Program-made: the position numbers and the translations under genes
Notes under the pieces: generated by a model
The model's input: the letters and a program-made list of their open reading frames with translations, nothing else
Databases searched by the model: none
Told to the model about the DNA's origin: nothing
IMG/VR virus record: IMGVR_UViG_3300037483_001334
DNA: 64,000 nucleotides
Strand: one strand, 5' to 3'
Origin: a virus
Part shown: in pieces, positions 37,315 through 45,409 of the stretch
How positions within the stretch are numbered: position 1 is the stretch's first letter
How the letters are laid out: each line of letters begins with the position of its first letter

Positions 37315-37818
37315 ATGAGTGAAAAACGAACGGTGACGGCCAGGTACATCACAAAGGGCGAGCCGTACGTTCGTGTAAAACTGTCGGACAAAACCGTGAT
37401 GCGTGAGCATCGGTTTGTCATGGAAGAAGAGCTTGGGCGCAGGCTTGATTCTAGCGAACACGTCCATCACAAGGACGAAAACAAGCGTCGCAACGATCCC
37501 GGCAACCTAGATCTGACGACCCTGTCTGACCACAGCAAGCATCACGCGCCGCACGCACCGATGGTGCGATTGAGATGCCGTGTTTGCGGAACCGAGTTCG
37601 AGCGCAAAGACCGATACGTCAGATCGAAGAGAAAAACAGGCGCATCGACGCTCTACTGTAGCAACGCGTGCTCACGTCGCGGCACGTCGGCAGCCCGTGG
37701 CATCGTCCACGGAACGAGCATGGCGTACAACCAGAACGGGTGCCGCTGCGAGACGTGCAAGGAGTACAAGCGGCAGCAGAACGCTGCGGCGAAGAAGAGA
37801 CGAGAGTCTGCGGCATAG
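37315..37818 (+). CDS. HNH homing endonuclease
   Basis: EHVHHKDENKRRNDPGNLDLTTLSDHSKHH; C-terminal Cys-rich region. Confidence 0.75.
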   Translation: MSEKRTVTARYITKGEPYVRVKLSDKTVMREHRFVMEEELGRRLDSSEHVHHKDENKRRNDPGNLDLTTLSDHSKHHAPHAPMVRLRCRVCGTEFERKDRYVRSKRKTGASTLYCSNACSRRGTSAARGIVHGTSMAYNQNGCRCETCKEYKRQQNAAAKKRRESAA

Positions 37819-37880
37819 GCCCTAGGGTAGGGCACGTGGTTGCCATCCACGACTTAGCGGGTTCGATCCCCGCATGCCGC
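37810..37880 (+). tRNA. tRNA-Gly(GCC), U73
   Basis: loop TTGCCAT; T-arm GCGGG-TTCGATC-CCCGC; overlaps the HNH gene stop by 9 nt. Confidence 0.8.
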
Positions 37881-37887
37881 TTCATGC

Positions 37888-37960
37888 GGGCCCATAGCTC
37901 AGCCAGGAGAGCGCCTGTTTTGCACGCAGGAGGTCACCGGAGCGAAGCCGGTTGGGTCCA
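37888..37960 (+). tRNA. tRNA-Ala(TGC) with non-canonical T-loop AGCGAAG
   Basis: G3:U70; loop TTTGCAC. Confidence 0.65.
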
Positions 37961-37988
37961 GTGACGTCGGATGTGCATATAGGCTATC

Positions 37989-38492
37989 GTGTCCCGAGCA
38001 AATACCACAGAACGATTTGCCATGACAGCAGAGCAGCTGGCCTGGCTGGCCGGGCTCCTTGAGGGCGAAGGCTCCTTCATGAAGGGCCCACCGTCGAAGC
38101 CCGGAGCGCCATGCGTGGCCGTGTCGATGACCGACCGAGACGTTGTTGAACGTGCTGCGGCATTGATGGGAGTGTCTTGCCAGGGCCCCTACCTCCGCAA
38201 GAACCTGAAAGTGTGGAAGCCGTACTACATGGCGACGGTACGCGGGTATCCTGCCGCCGATCTGATGAAGCTCTTGCGAGATCACATGGGAGCAAGGAGG
38301 AGGGCTCAGATCGACGCGGCCATGGCAACGTTCAGCGTGAAGCATCGTCAGAAGATCCAAAAGTCGCGTGTCTTGGAGATCAAGGTCATGCTGGCGGAAG
38401 GCCGCGGAGACCGTGAGGTGGCCCGCCATTTCAGGTGTGCTCATAGCTTGATCGGACGCATCAGGAGAGGAGAGTCGTACGCACAGGTCTAG
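37989..38492 (+). CDS. single-motif LAGLIDADG homing endonuclease with C-terminal HTH-like tail
   Basis: LAWLAGLLEGEGSF. Confidence 0.8.
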   Translation: MSRANTTERFAMTAEQLAWLAGLLEGEGSFMKGPPSKPGAPCVAVSMTDRDVVERAAALMGVSCQGPYLRKNLKVWKPYYMATVRGYPAADLMKLLRDHMGARRRAQIDAAMATFSVKHRQKIQKSRVLEIKVMLAEGRGDREVARHFRCAHSLIGRIRRGESYAQV

Positions 38493-38499
38493 AGTTTCT

Positions 38500-38570
38500 G
38501 CCCACGCAGCACGAAGGTCGTGCCACTCCCTCGTAGCGAGTAGGTTGGGGTTCGATTCCCCACGTGGGCT
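38500..38570 (+). tRNA. tRNA-Thr(CGT)
   Basis: acceptor GCCCACG/CGTGGGC; loop CTCGTAG; C·C at 31·39. Confidence 0.6.
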
Positions 38571-38573
38571 TCT

Positions 38574-38644
38574 GCCGGCGAAGCATCAAGGGATGCAGCA
38601 CCCCTGTAAGGTGAAAGCGGCGAGTTCGATTCTCGCAGCCGGCT
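38574..38644 (+). tRNA. tRNA-Thr(TGT)-like, copy A (C33)
   Basis: D-arm GCAT-CAAGGG-ATGC, loop CCTGTAA, T-arm GCGAG-TTCGATT-CTCGC; identical ~80-nt copy at 39158-39238. Confidence 0.55.
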
Positions 38645-38703
38645 ACTGGTTGACAATGGAACGACCGAGATGAGAGACTTCGGGCTCTCAAAGGAGCCCG
38701 CAC

Positions 38704-39096
38704 ATGAGCAACACGAGCATCATCATCGAGCACGGAACGTCGGACGCCGAGATCGTCGCAGGTGGCAGCTACATCAGCGAGGTGCAGGTACTGTCCGGGG
38801 TTCACTACACGCGCGTCGGCGACCGCGTCAGCTTCTCCGTGAAGCTGAGGCTGCTGTGGGCAGATGCGGGCGGTGGAAACTTGCAGATTCCGCTGCCGGT
38901 TCCGACCGGCAACGCCGAGAACGCGAAGTTGGTCGCCGTCTGCGTGATCGACGGCGGTCCTGGGTACGGCTTCGTCAGCGAAACGCAGTGCGCCGGCTCG
39001 CCGCCGTATCTGTACGTGGCGTTGGTCGCAGATGCGGGCGTGACCGAGACGACGCTGGCGATTCACGCCGACTATCTCGTCGTCGCGAGTGAGTAG
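38704..39096 (+). CDS. hypothetical protein (130 aa) inserted between duplicated tRNA sequences
   Basis: ORF with RBS aaaggag; flanked by direct repeats. Confidence 0.4.
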   Translation: MSNTSIIIEHGTSDAEIVAGGSYISEVQVLSGVHYTRVGDRVSFSVKLRLLWADAGGGNLQIPLPVPTGNAENAKLVAVCVIDGGPGYGFVSETQCAGSPPYLYVALVADAGVTETTLAIHADYLVVASE

Positions 39097-39167
39097 AGGT
39101 TCCTGCCGCCAAGGTGGAGACAGCGACACGCATCCCCGTTGGAGTTCGATTCTCCCCGTGGGCTTCT

Positions 39168-39238
39168 GCCGGCGAAGCATCAAGGGATGCAGCACCCCTG
39201 TAAGGTGAAAGCGGCGAGTTCGATTCTCGCAGCCGGCT
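39168..39238 (+). tRNA. tRNA-Thr(TGT)-like, copy B
   Basis: identical to copy A; preceded by a partial T-arm/acceptor remnant (39139-39165). Confidence 0.55.
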
Positions 39239-39363
39239 TGTGCTAGTGCCGCCAAAGCCTAGACAGCGAGGTTCCCGCTTGACCCCGCTACCAGCAGCCG
39301 GCAGTGCCAATAACCATCGCGTTTGGCGTTTGACGCATCAAGCACCCCCGTGCGACGCTGCGT

Positions 39364-40062
39364 TTGATGAATAGAAGTGAGGCCGGTCGGCGTGGGTGGG
39401 AGGCCAGTAGCAAAAAGCTGCGAGCCCAGTTGGACGCCAGGGTTGCTGCTGCCAAGGAGAAAGTGGCCGCAAAGGCTTGTCGCCATTGTGGTGTGCCAAT
39501 CCCGTATGAGCGAAGGCGCCACGAGTGTTGCAGTCATAAGTGTGCGTCGGAGCTGAGGTTTCCATCTGCCGGCCGTGTCGTACGCGTTTGCTTTTGCGGA
39601 AATAGAATCACGGGTAAGGACGCTGCGGCGAAGCAGGCCTGTTCGCGAAAATGCTCTCATGAGCAAAAGCATGCCGAGTACATCGTACGCTGGCTGAACG
39701 GTGACGAAGTTGGCGGCGGTTGGGACGCTGTTTCGGAACACGTCAGAAGGTGGTTGATCGAAAAATACGGCGAACAGTGCAGCCAGTGTGGTTGGGCATG
39801 TAGGCATGCGAAGACCGGACGGGTGCCGATACAGGTTGATCATGTTGACGGCGATCCGTATAATCACCGACCTGAGAACCTGCGGCTTCTGTGTCCGAAC
39901 TGCCATTCGCTGACGGATACATACGGCGGCCTGAACTCTGGCCGAGGTCGCAAAGAGCGCGGCGTCAAACGTGCTGTTCTCGCCTTCAAAGCTCAAGAAG
40001 AAGAGCGTCTGCTTGGTATGCAGGAGGTTGCCGGTGCAATGCCGGTTGAAGGCTCTGGCTAG
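39364..40062 (+). CDS. HNH homing endonuclease
   Basis: IQVDHVDGDPYNHRPENLRLLCPNCHSLT. Confidence 0.75.
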   Translation: MMNRSEAGRRGWEASSKKLRAQLDARVAAAKEKVAAKACRHCGVPIPYERRRHECCSHKCASELRFPSAGRVVRVCFCGNRITGKDAAAKQACSRKCSHEQKHAEYIVRWLNGDEVGGGWDAVSEHVRRWLIEKYGEQCSQCGWACRHAKTGRVPIQVDHVDGDPYNHRPENLRLLCPNCHSLTDTYGGLNSGRGRKERGVKRAVLAFKAQEEERLLGMQEVAGAMPVEGSG

Positions 40063-40063
40063 C

Positions 40064-40134
40064 GCGATCGTGGTCAAGTGGCTTGGCCTTGGGCTTCCAA
40101 CCCAATGACGCGTGTTCGATTCACGCCGATCGCT
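40064..40134 (+). tRNA. tRNA-Gly(TCC), U73
   Basis: acceptor GCGATCG/CGATCGC; loop CTTCCAA; T-arm GCGTG-TTCGATT-CACGC. Confidence 0.8.
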
Positions 40135-40206
40135 TCTCGGGCCGATGTTGTTGGTTACCGCAAATGGAGCCGTTGGTGTAGGTTCGATTCCTGCCGCCCT
40201 GCTGTC
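40135..40206 (+). other. tRNA-like segment with canonical T-arm (GTAGG-TTCGATT-CCTGC) but no resolvable acceptor
   Basis: manual folding failed; needs tRNAscan/ARAGORN. Confidence 0.25.
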
Positions 40207-40210
40207 TATG

Positions 40211-40235
40211 TAGGGTGTAGTTCAATGGTAGAACG
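40211..40235 (+). pseudogene. truncated tRNA 5' fragment (acceptor + D-arm TAGTTCAATGGTAGAAC only)
   Basis: no anticodon/T-arm/3' acceptor downstream. Confidence 0.3.
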
Positions 40236-40263
40236 ACGTTAAATCTCCGACGACGCCCCTTGT

Positions 40264-40333
40264 CCGAGAATCTGGAGCGGTCCTTCTGGGAAGGCCGACG
40301 ATTGCAACCCGTCGAGAGGTCTGTTCGATCCAG
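40264..40333 (+). tRNA. tRNA-Cys(GCA)-like, U73, short D-arm, A·C at 31·39
   Basis: acceptor GGAGCGG/CCGCTCC; loop TTGCAAC; T-arm GTCTG-TTCGATC-CAGAC. Confidence 0.4.
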
Positions 40334-40339
40334 ACCCGC

Positions 40340-40405
40340 TCCTTTCTGGCCGAAGTGGAACGGTTATCGTCTCGTAAACGAGAGGCCCAGGTTCGAGCCC
40401 TGGTC
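40340..40405 (+). other. tRNA-like segment (T-arm CCAGG-TTCGAGC-CCTGG; possible TAA anticodon region) not resolved
   Basis: manual folding ambiguous. Confidence 0.25.
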
Positions 40406-40412
40406 ATCGCCG

Positions 40413-40438
40413 AAAGGTGGTGGTAGCTTAGTGGAAGA
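40413..40438 (+). pseudogene. truncated tRNA 5' fragment (GTGGTGG-TA-GCTT-AGTGGAA-GAGC-G) lacking a 3' half
   Basis: tRNA-Arg starts 37 nt downstream, leaving no room for the rest. Confidence 0.3.
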
Positions 40439-40474
40439 GCGCTAAACACCGGGCTGCATCCCTTGCCAGATATT

Positions 40475-40548
40475 GCTGCGGAGGCCGCAGAGGAAGCGGC
40501 GCCCGTTTTCTAAACGGGAACTTGAGGGTTCGACTCCTTCCCGCAGCG
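40475..40548 (+). tRNA. tRNA-Arg(TCT)
   Basis: acceptor GCTGCGG/CCGCAGC; stem CCCGT/ACGGG, loop TTTCTAA. Confidence 0.8.
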
Positions 40549-40555
40549 TGGTTCT

Positions 40556-40627
40556 GTCTGCTTGGTGAAATGGATATCACTCTTCGCTACGAACGAAGCA
40601 TTTCGGGTTCAAGTCCCGAGGCGGACA
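40556..40627 (+). tRNA. tRNA-Arg(ACG)
   Basis: D-arm GTGA-AATGGATA-TCAC; stem CTTCG/CGAAG, loop CTACGAA. Confidence 0.8.
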
Positions 40628-40634
40628 TGGTCGA

Positions 40635-40706
40635 GTTCTCGTCGTTCAACTGGAAGGACACTAGCCTCCGAAGCTAGGAATCGGCGTTCAACTCGCCGCG
40701 GGAACG
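40635..40706 (+). tRNA. tRNA-Arg(CCG)
   Basis: stem CTAGC/GCTAG, loop CTCCGAA; T-arm CGGCG-TTCAACT-CGCCG. Confidence 0.75.
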
Positions 40707-40708
40707 TG

Positions 40709-40787
40709 CTTGTGCGGCGCAGATGGAGATGTCAGGGAGGGTTCATACCCCTTTCAAACCGGGCGCAACTCCCGGGGCCGCAATCAG
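40709..40787 (+). other. tRNA-like segment (possible CAT anticodon; T-loop CGCAACT) unresolved
   Basis: acceptor mismatch and poor D-arm. Confidence 0.25.
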
Positions 40788-40790
40788 TTA

Positions 40791-40860
40791 CGCTGCGTCC
40801 TGATGGTCAGGAATCCGTCTCATACGCGGGTTACCGCGGGTTCGACTCCCGCCGCAGCGA
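40791..40860 (+). tRNA. tRNA-Met/Ile2(CAT)-like with minimal D-arm
   Basis: acceptor CGCTGCG/CGCAGCG; loop CTCATAC; T-arm GCGGG-TTCGACT-CCCGC. Confidence 0.45.
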
Positions 40861-40863
40861 TCT

Positions 40864-40938
40864 CGGGGTGTGGCTCAACCTGGTTAGAGCGCTCGGTTCG
40901 GGTCCGAGAGACTGGCGGTTCGAATCCGCCCACCCCGA
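40864..40938 (+). tRNA. tRNA-Pro(CGG)
   Basis: acceptor CGGGGTG/CACCCCG; D-arm GCTC...GAGC; loop TTCGGGT; T-loop TTCGAAT. Confidence 0.85.
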
Positions 40939-41071
40939 TGGTTCACGGCTCCCCGCCGTGGGCGCTCGTCAGGCTTGCCTGGCGAGCTACTGCACGACGA
41001 CTCAGCTAGCGACGAGGGCGGTCCTACACACCGTTTTTGCAGGGGGCGGAACCCTGGTCGTGCATCGAATC

Positions 41072-41144
41072 GCCGACGTAGCCCAACGGCAGAGGCAGCC
41101 GCTTCAGAAGCGGCACAGTGGTGGTTCAAATCCACTCGTCGGCA
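41072..41144 (+). tRNA. class-I-like tRNA with Leu anticodon CAG (short variable arm), A73
   Basis: D-arm GCCCAACGGCAGAGGC; stem GCCGC/GCGGC loop TTCAGAA; T-loop TTCAAAT. Confidence 0.6.
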
Positions 41145-41149
41145 TGTTT

Positions 41150-41223
41150 GCGCAGGTAGCCCAACTGGCAGAGGCAACGGACTAAGAATCCGTCAAGTGA
41201 GGGTTCAACTCCCTCTCTGCGCA
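41150..41223 (+). tRNA. class-I-like tRNA with Leu anticodon AAG, A73
   Basis: same D-arm family; stem ACGGA/TCCGT loop CTAAGAA. Confidence 0.6.
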
Positions 41224-41228
41224 TCTCG

Positions 41229-42041
41229 TTACCGGCGTCCGAGCTTCAGAACGTTCGGCGCCTTCTTGTTCCACCACCAGAGCTGGAGGCCTACGAGGCC
41301 GATCAGTCCGATGGTCGCGTACTTCCAGTTGTCACTGACGTCGCCGAGTCCGCGCATGCCACGCGAGGTGCCGCTGCGCACGGCGCCGCCGGCTCCGCCT
41401 GGGTGCTTGCCCATCACGCGTGGTCCGCCTCCGCGGTAGGTCATGGCCGATGGCCGCTGCCCCGAGCGCGCGCTCGGCATTCCACGGTGAACCATCGGGC
41501 TGCCGCCCGGGGCAAGCGGCTTCATGCTCGGGCCGCCGCGGTGCACCATGTCTCGGGCTGGTCCTCCGGCGGAAGGCCCCGGTCCTGGAGACCACCGCGG
41601 TCCGCCGCCCGGTCCACGTGCGCTGGGCCCGGCTCCTGGAGACCGAACGGGGCCATTGCCGGGAGCGCCGGGTCCACGTGCGCTCGGTCCCAGGCCTGGA
41701 TGCCAGCTCGGACCACCGCTCGGCCCGCCTGGCCCGCCCGGCTTGCGACCTCCCCAGCGGGGCCCAGGGCCACGAGGCCGGCGACGGCGCCACGGAACGC
41801 CGCTTCCGCTCCAGCCGCCGTCTCCGCCGCTCCATCCCCAGCCGCCGCCGTAGAAGTATGACTGGTCGGCAGGGGGCAACAACGCTTCGAGTCCTGGCTC
41901 GCAGCCGTACTCCCAGAGGACGCCAGCGGCATCTGCTTCGCACGAGTTCCGGTAGCAGCGGCCAGTGAACTGATCGTGGACGGGATCGGTTGCGTCGTCG
42001 CAGTACCCGAGCCGGCTGGGGATCGTAGAGAAGGTCGACAT
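41229..42041 (-). CDS. Pro/Gly-rich protein with C-terminal TM anchor
   Basis: internal ATG of minus ORF; TM YATIGLIGLVGLQLWWW; coding strand uncertain in this GC-rich repeat region. Confidence 0.3.
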   Translation of the reverse strand: MSTFSTIPSRLGYCDDATDPVHDQFTGRCYRNSCEADAAGVLWEYGCEPGLEALLPPADQSYFYGGGWGWSGGDGGWSGSGVPWRRRRPRGPGPRWGGRKPGGPGGPSGGPSWHPGLGPSARGPGAPGNGPVRSPGAGPSARGPGGGPRWSPGPGPSAGGPARDMVHRGGPSMKPLAPGGSPMVHRGMPSARSGQRPSAMTYRGGGPRVMGKHPGGAGGAVRSGTSRGMRGLGDVSDNWKYATIGLIGLVGLQLWWWNKKAPNVLKLGRR

Positions 42042-42113
42042 GTCGCCGATGCTAGCACAGCATCGGAAGAGCTTGCATCCCAGGAGCTTGCGACATACTA
42101 TCGCGCAATCAAT

Positions 42114-42187
42114 GCGGACGTAGCCCAACGGCAGAGGCACCGGATTCAAGTCCCGGTCAGGTGTGGGTTCGAATCCCACGGTCCGCA
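42114..42187 (+). tRNA. class-I-like tRNA with Leu anticodon CAA, A73
   Basis: D-arm GCCCAACGGCAGAGGC; loop TTCAAGT; A·C at 31·39; T-loop TTCGAAT. Confidence 0.55.
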
Positions 42188-42208
42188 ACAACACGATTGA
42201 GGCACATC

Positions 42209-42778
42209 ATGGAGAAGAGAGCGCTGGTTCTGGTCGAGGAGAAGAGAACGCCGATCGTGATCGCCGAGAGGAAGGTTCTCGTCCTGAACATGTACTACCA
42301 GCCGGAGCGCATCGTCGACTGGCAGCGTGCCGTCTGCCTCATCTACGACGGCAAGGCAGACCTCATCGAGAGGTACGAGGGTGAGCTGCTGCGCTCTCCG
42401 AGCATGTCGATGGAGTTCCCGTCGGTCATCCGGAAGACGAAGAAGTCGCGGATGCGGAAGGTCTCGATCAAGTTCTCGCGGCAGAACGTGCTGCTGCGTG
42501 ACGGGAACACCTGTCAGTACTGCCAGGTGCCCTTCGAGCCGAGGGAGCTGAACTACGATCACGTCCTTCCCAGGTCGCGCAAAGGCAAGACCGAGTGGGA
42601 CAACATCGTGATGTCCTGCTACCCGTGCAACGAAAAGAAGGGCGACAGAACGCCGGCCGAGGCCAAGATGCAGCTGAAGCGCGCGCCGCGAAAGCCCGAC
42701 TGGCTTCCCATCGTCAGCAAGCGCTTCGACCTCGGCGCGGTGCCGGAGACCTGGCGGCCGTACCTGGTCGCGGCATGA
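42209..42778 (+). CDS. HNH endonuclease (McrA-like)
   Basis: CQYCQVPFEPRELNYDHVLPRSRKGKTEWDNIVMSCYPCNEKKG. Confidence 0.75.
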   Translation: MEKRALVLVEEKRTPIVIAERKVLVLNMYYQPERIVDWQRAVCLIYDGKADLIERYEGELLRSPSMSMEFPSVIRKTKKSRMRKVSIKFSRQNVLLRDGNTCQYCQVPFEPRELNYDHVLPRSRKGKTEWDNIVMSCYPCNEKKGDRTPAEAKMQLKRAPRKPDWLPIVSKRFDLGAVPETWRPYLVAA

Positions 42779-42990
42779 GCAACCACGACAACCATCGTCG
42801 CGAAGACGTGAAGCGCACGGAGAACGGCCCGCGGTGGAAGACCACGGGCAACTATCCAAATCCGCCGCAGGTCGCCCGCGCGCGTCGCTCCTGGAAGCGC
42901 CTTCTGGCGAGAAAGGAGCGGCATGCGGGTGGCCTGTGCAATCCGTTCTGGGTTGGCAGGCCACGTCGGCCAGACGGTGGGGGCGAGTGA
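42775..42990 (+). CDS. small basic protein
   Basis: ATGA overlap with the HNH gene. Confidence 0.3.
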   Translation: MSNHDNHRREDVKRTENGPRWKTTGNYPNPPQVARARRSWKRLLARKERHAGGLCNPFWVGRPRRPDGGGE

Positions 42991-43556
42991 CGCTCGATCT
43001 GGACAGCTGGGTCGTCGACCAGGTCCGGAAGGTCGTGCGCGAGTACGAGGATGGCGAATGCTCGTTGGGGTCCGTGTCCACGCGGCTGTACGATCTGCTG
43101 GAGCATGCAGGCGTAGACGACATTCTGGCGCCGTTGCCATGGTGGCTGCGTGCTGAAGTGGTCCAGGACATCGATCAGTACCGCGGCGCGACACGTGAGA
43201 GCATGCTGTTCTTCGGCGGTGAGTGCGCCGGAGCCGCGTATGATCGCGAGGCTGAGAAGGCGAAGAGCTTCGATCGGTTTTTCGGTAAGGTCTATCCGAA
43301 GATGCTGGCCTGGCATCAGGCGAACACGCGTACAGATCGGTGGCCGGTGTCGGTCTGCCTCTGGTGGGGTGACGACACGGTGTTTGGCCCCGACGCGCTG
43401 TCGGCGGAACGTCCGCGTCGACATCGGAAGAGGTACTTGACGCGCGAGGAAAGAAAAGACCCGGTTCTGCGTCAGAGGCACGTGCGTGTCCGTGCGACGC
43501 TGGAAGCGATGGCCGAGGTCGAGCGGGGGCGGGAGGTCGCACATGGACTCGCGTGA
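42988..43556 (+). CDS. hypothetical protein (GTG start)
   Basis: GTGA overlap; frame of ORF 42834..43556. Confidence 0.35.
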
Positions 43557-44187
43557 AGCTCTTGCAGACGAGAATCCGGACGCGCTCTGGCCGGACGGCT
43601 TCGAGGAGGCGTACATTGGTCACGCGCGCCGGTGTGGCCAGCCGCCGCTCGCCGCGTTCTCCGTGCGAAAGTGCATCGAGATCTTGATGAAGCGCGACGG
43701 CATGACGCACGAAGAGGCCGAATCGGACGCTACGACGCGCTGCCGCCGCTCAGGCAGAAGTTCGGGTACTACTGGTAGATCTCGGGGTGTCGCCCAAGGG
43801 TTGGGCACGCGGCTGGGGGCCGCGACCATGCAGGTTCGAGTCCTGTCACCCCGATGGAGAACGATGGGCAAGCGCAAGGTCCAGCATCACAACGCAGTCG
43901 CCGCTCGCGCTCTCGAAGCGTTCGCGAACGCGGCGCGCGCGGTCGGCTCACGGCTGAGTCACGGGCTCGACAAGGTCGCAGACGTGATCGATGCTGCTGC
44001 TGAGCATCTCTGGGACGAGCGCGAGCCTAGCGAAAGTTACTTGGTGAAGGAGTGCAGCCTCTGCGACGATACAGGCCACACCAGCGGCGGCTGGCACTCG
44101 GGTCCATGCTTCTGTCCGATGGGTGTTCTGCGAGAAGAGGGCGAGAAGCTCGGCATCATCAAGCCCGGTCCGGACGAGGAGAACTGA
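43542..44187 (+). CDS. hypothetical ORF with a tRNA-Pro(GGG) embedded in frame; the protein may be only the part downstream of ATG 43864
   Basis: the continuous frame spans the tRNA; C-terminal part has CSLCDDTGH...CFCP. Confidence 0.25.
43783..43854 (+). tRNA. tRNA-Pro(GGG)
   Basis: acceptor CGGGGTG/CACCCCG; D-arm GCCC-AAGGGTT-GGGC; stem CGCGG/CCGCG loop CTGGGGG. Confidence 0.75.
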
Positions 44188-44258
44188 CGCATGACGCATG
44201 AACGTAAGGGGGCGGTCTTCTAGCTCTCGGGGCACTTCGCTCCGAGCCCGGAGGACCA

Positions 44259-44435
44259 ATGGCTCGAACCTGGCATCACAGCGACAATCACAGTCCGCAC
44301 TTTCCTAACGGCGCACCGAAGTGGTATCGCCAGAATCTGAATCGGCTGTACCGCGCCCGCGTGAAACATCTGGTTCGCACGCAGCGCTATGAGCGCATCA
44401 CCCGTCCCGTACGTGACGCAGCATGGTACTGGTAG
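44259..44435 (+). CDS. small His/Arg-rich protein
   Basis: RBS GGAGGA. Confidence 0.3.
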   Translation: MARTWHHSDNHSPHFPNGAPKWYRQNLNRLYRARVKHLVRTQRYERITRPVRDAAWYW

Positions 44436-44556
44436 GAGAGCACATGAGAGAGCGAATCAAGAACGCGTTGGCGGCGCTCGCATGGCCACCGGTGGCCGTG
44501 CTGCTGGTGTGTATGGGCTTTCGACCTGCGGGCGGCCGCGGCTCACGGCGGGCCTG

Positions 44557-44919
44557 ATGCTCGTCGAGGTCTACCGTAACCTGAACCGGAAGTGCCTGAG
44601 TATTCGCGACCCTGAGATGCGGAAGGTCATCGGGCACGTCGACAGCGTGCTTCTTCTCGGCGCGCGCTTCGTTGTGTCGGAGGCAGGGCGGCAACGAGTG
44701 CTCCGCACGCGTCAGAAGAACGTGCATGCGGTAGTGCGTGGGATCATGGTCGCTCAGCCGACGCGGGCGCCGGAGTGGAAACGAGTACGCTACGATCCGT
44801 ATGCCGCCGAGACGTTCGTGTGGCAGGAGACTGGAGAGCCGGCGTATGGAGCGTGCCGGGTCTACATCGGACCAGAAGGCATGTACGCTGAGAAGCCACT
44901 AGAGATTTCTGGAAGCTGA
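44557..44919 (+). CDS. hypothetical protein
   Basis: internal ATG of ORF 44389..44919. Confidence 0.3.
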   Translation: MLVEVYRNLNRKCLSIRDPEMRKVIGHVDSVLLLGARFVVSEAGRQRVLRTRQKNVHAVVRGIMVAQPTRAPEWKRVRYDPYAAETFVWQETGEPAYGACRVYIGPEGMYAEKPLEISGS

Positions 44920-45409
44920 ACTGGTCACGGGACCAGGCCCCGTTGCTAGCGGGTGCGTCGCCGAAAGGCGTTGGCGTTCAAGTCGTCCGGCTTCCGTGTG
45001 AGAGAAGAACGTCCGAATCATGATTTGCCGTATCTCGTAGCAGCCGTGCGGCGCGCGAGATGGGGTACAGTGCCGAAAGACTTGCTTGGCCGGCTGCGTA
45101 CTCGACAGGGTCAGGCGATCGGACGGGCACTATTCAGGCACGGCAAGCTGTCGAAGAGCATGCAGCGGAAGGTTTGTGCGATTCGACTTCTTGCCCTGGG
45201 TCCAAATGGAGGGAGAACCGGGAAGGTCCCGGGCCTGTCTGGAAAGCAGGTGGCGGCGTGAGCCGCAGGGGATCGTTACCTCCTCTCTCCGTTTCTGGAA
45301 GGTGAACCTACAAGGCGTAGGACCGGCTTCGAATACCGGCGGCCCCTCGGGGCAGAGATTCGAATTCTCCTCCTTCCTTTTCGTGTCCGTGTCTTGTGCG
45401 AGGTGATGA

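Larger units (their letters stand above)
38564..39238 (+). mobile_element. candidate insertion/duplication cassette: ~80-nt perfect direct repeats (tRNA-Thr TGT) plus partial duplication of the upstream tRNA 3' end, flanking ORF 38704..39096
   Basis: 38564-38644 = 39158-39238; short repeats tgccgccaa(g/a)g...agacagcga flank copy B. Confidence 0.4.

Noticed and set aside
38461-39255. 264-aa minus-strand ORF
   Set aside because: It overlaps three tRNA genes and the plus-strand 130-aa ORF. It is an artefact of GC-rich sequence.
41403-41968. Plus-strand Pro/Gly-rich ORFs opposite the 41229..42041 minus gene
   Set aside because: Low-complexity sequence in a repeat region, with no start context. 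The minus ORF has a clear C-terminal TM anchor, though the strand assignment remains uncertain.
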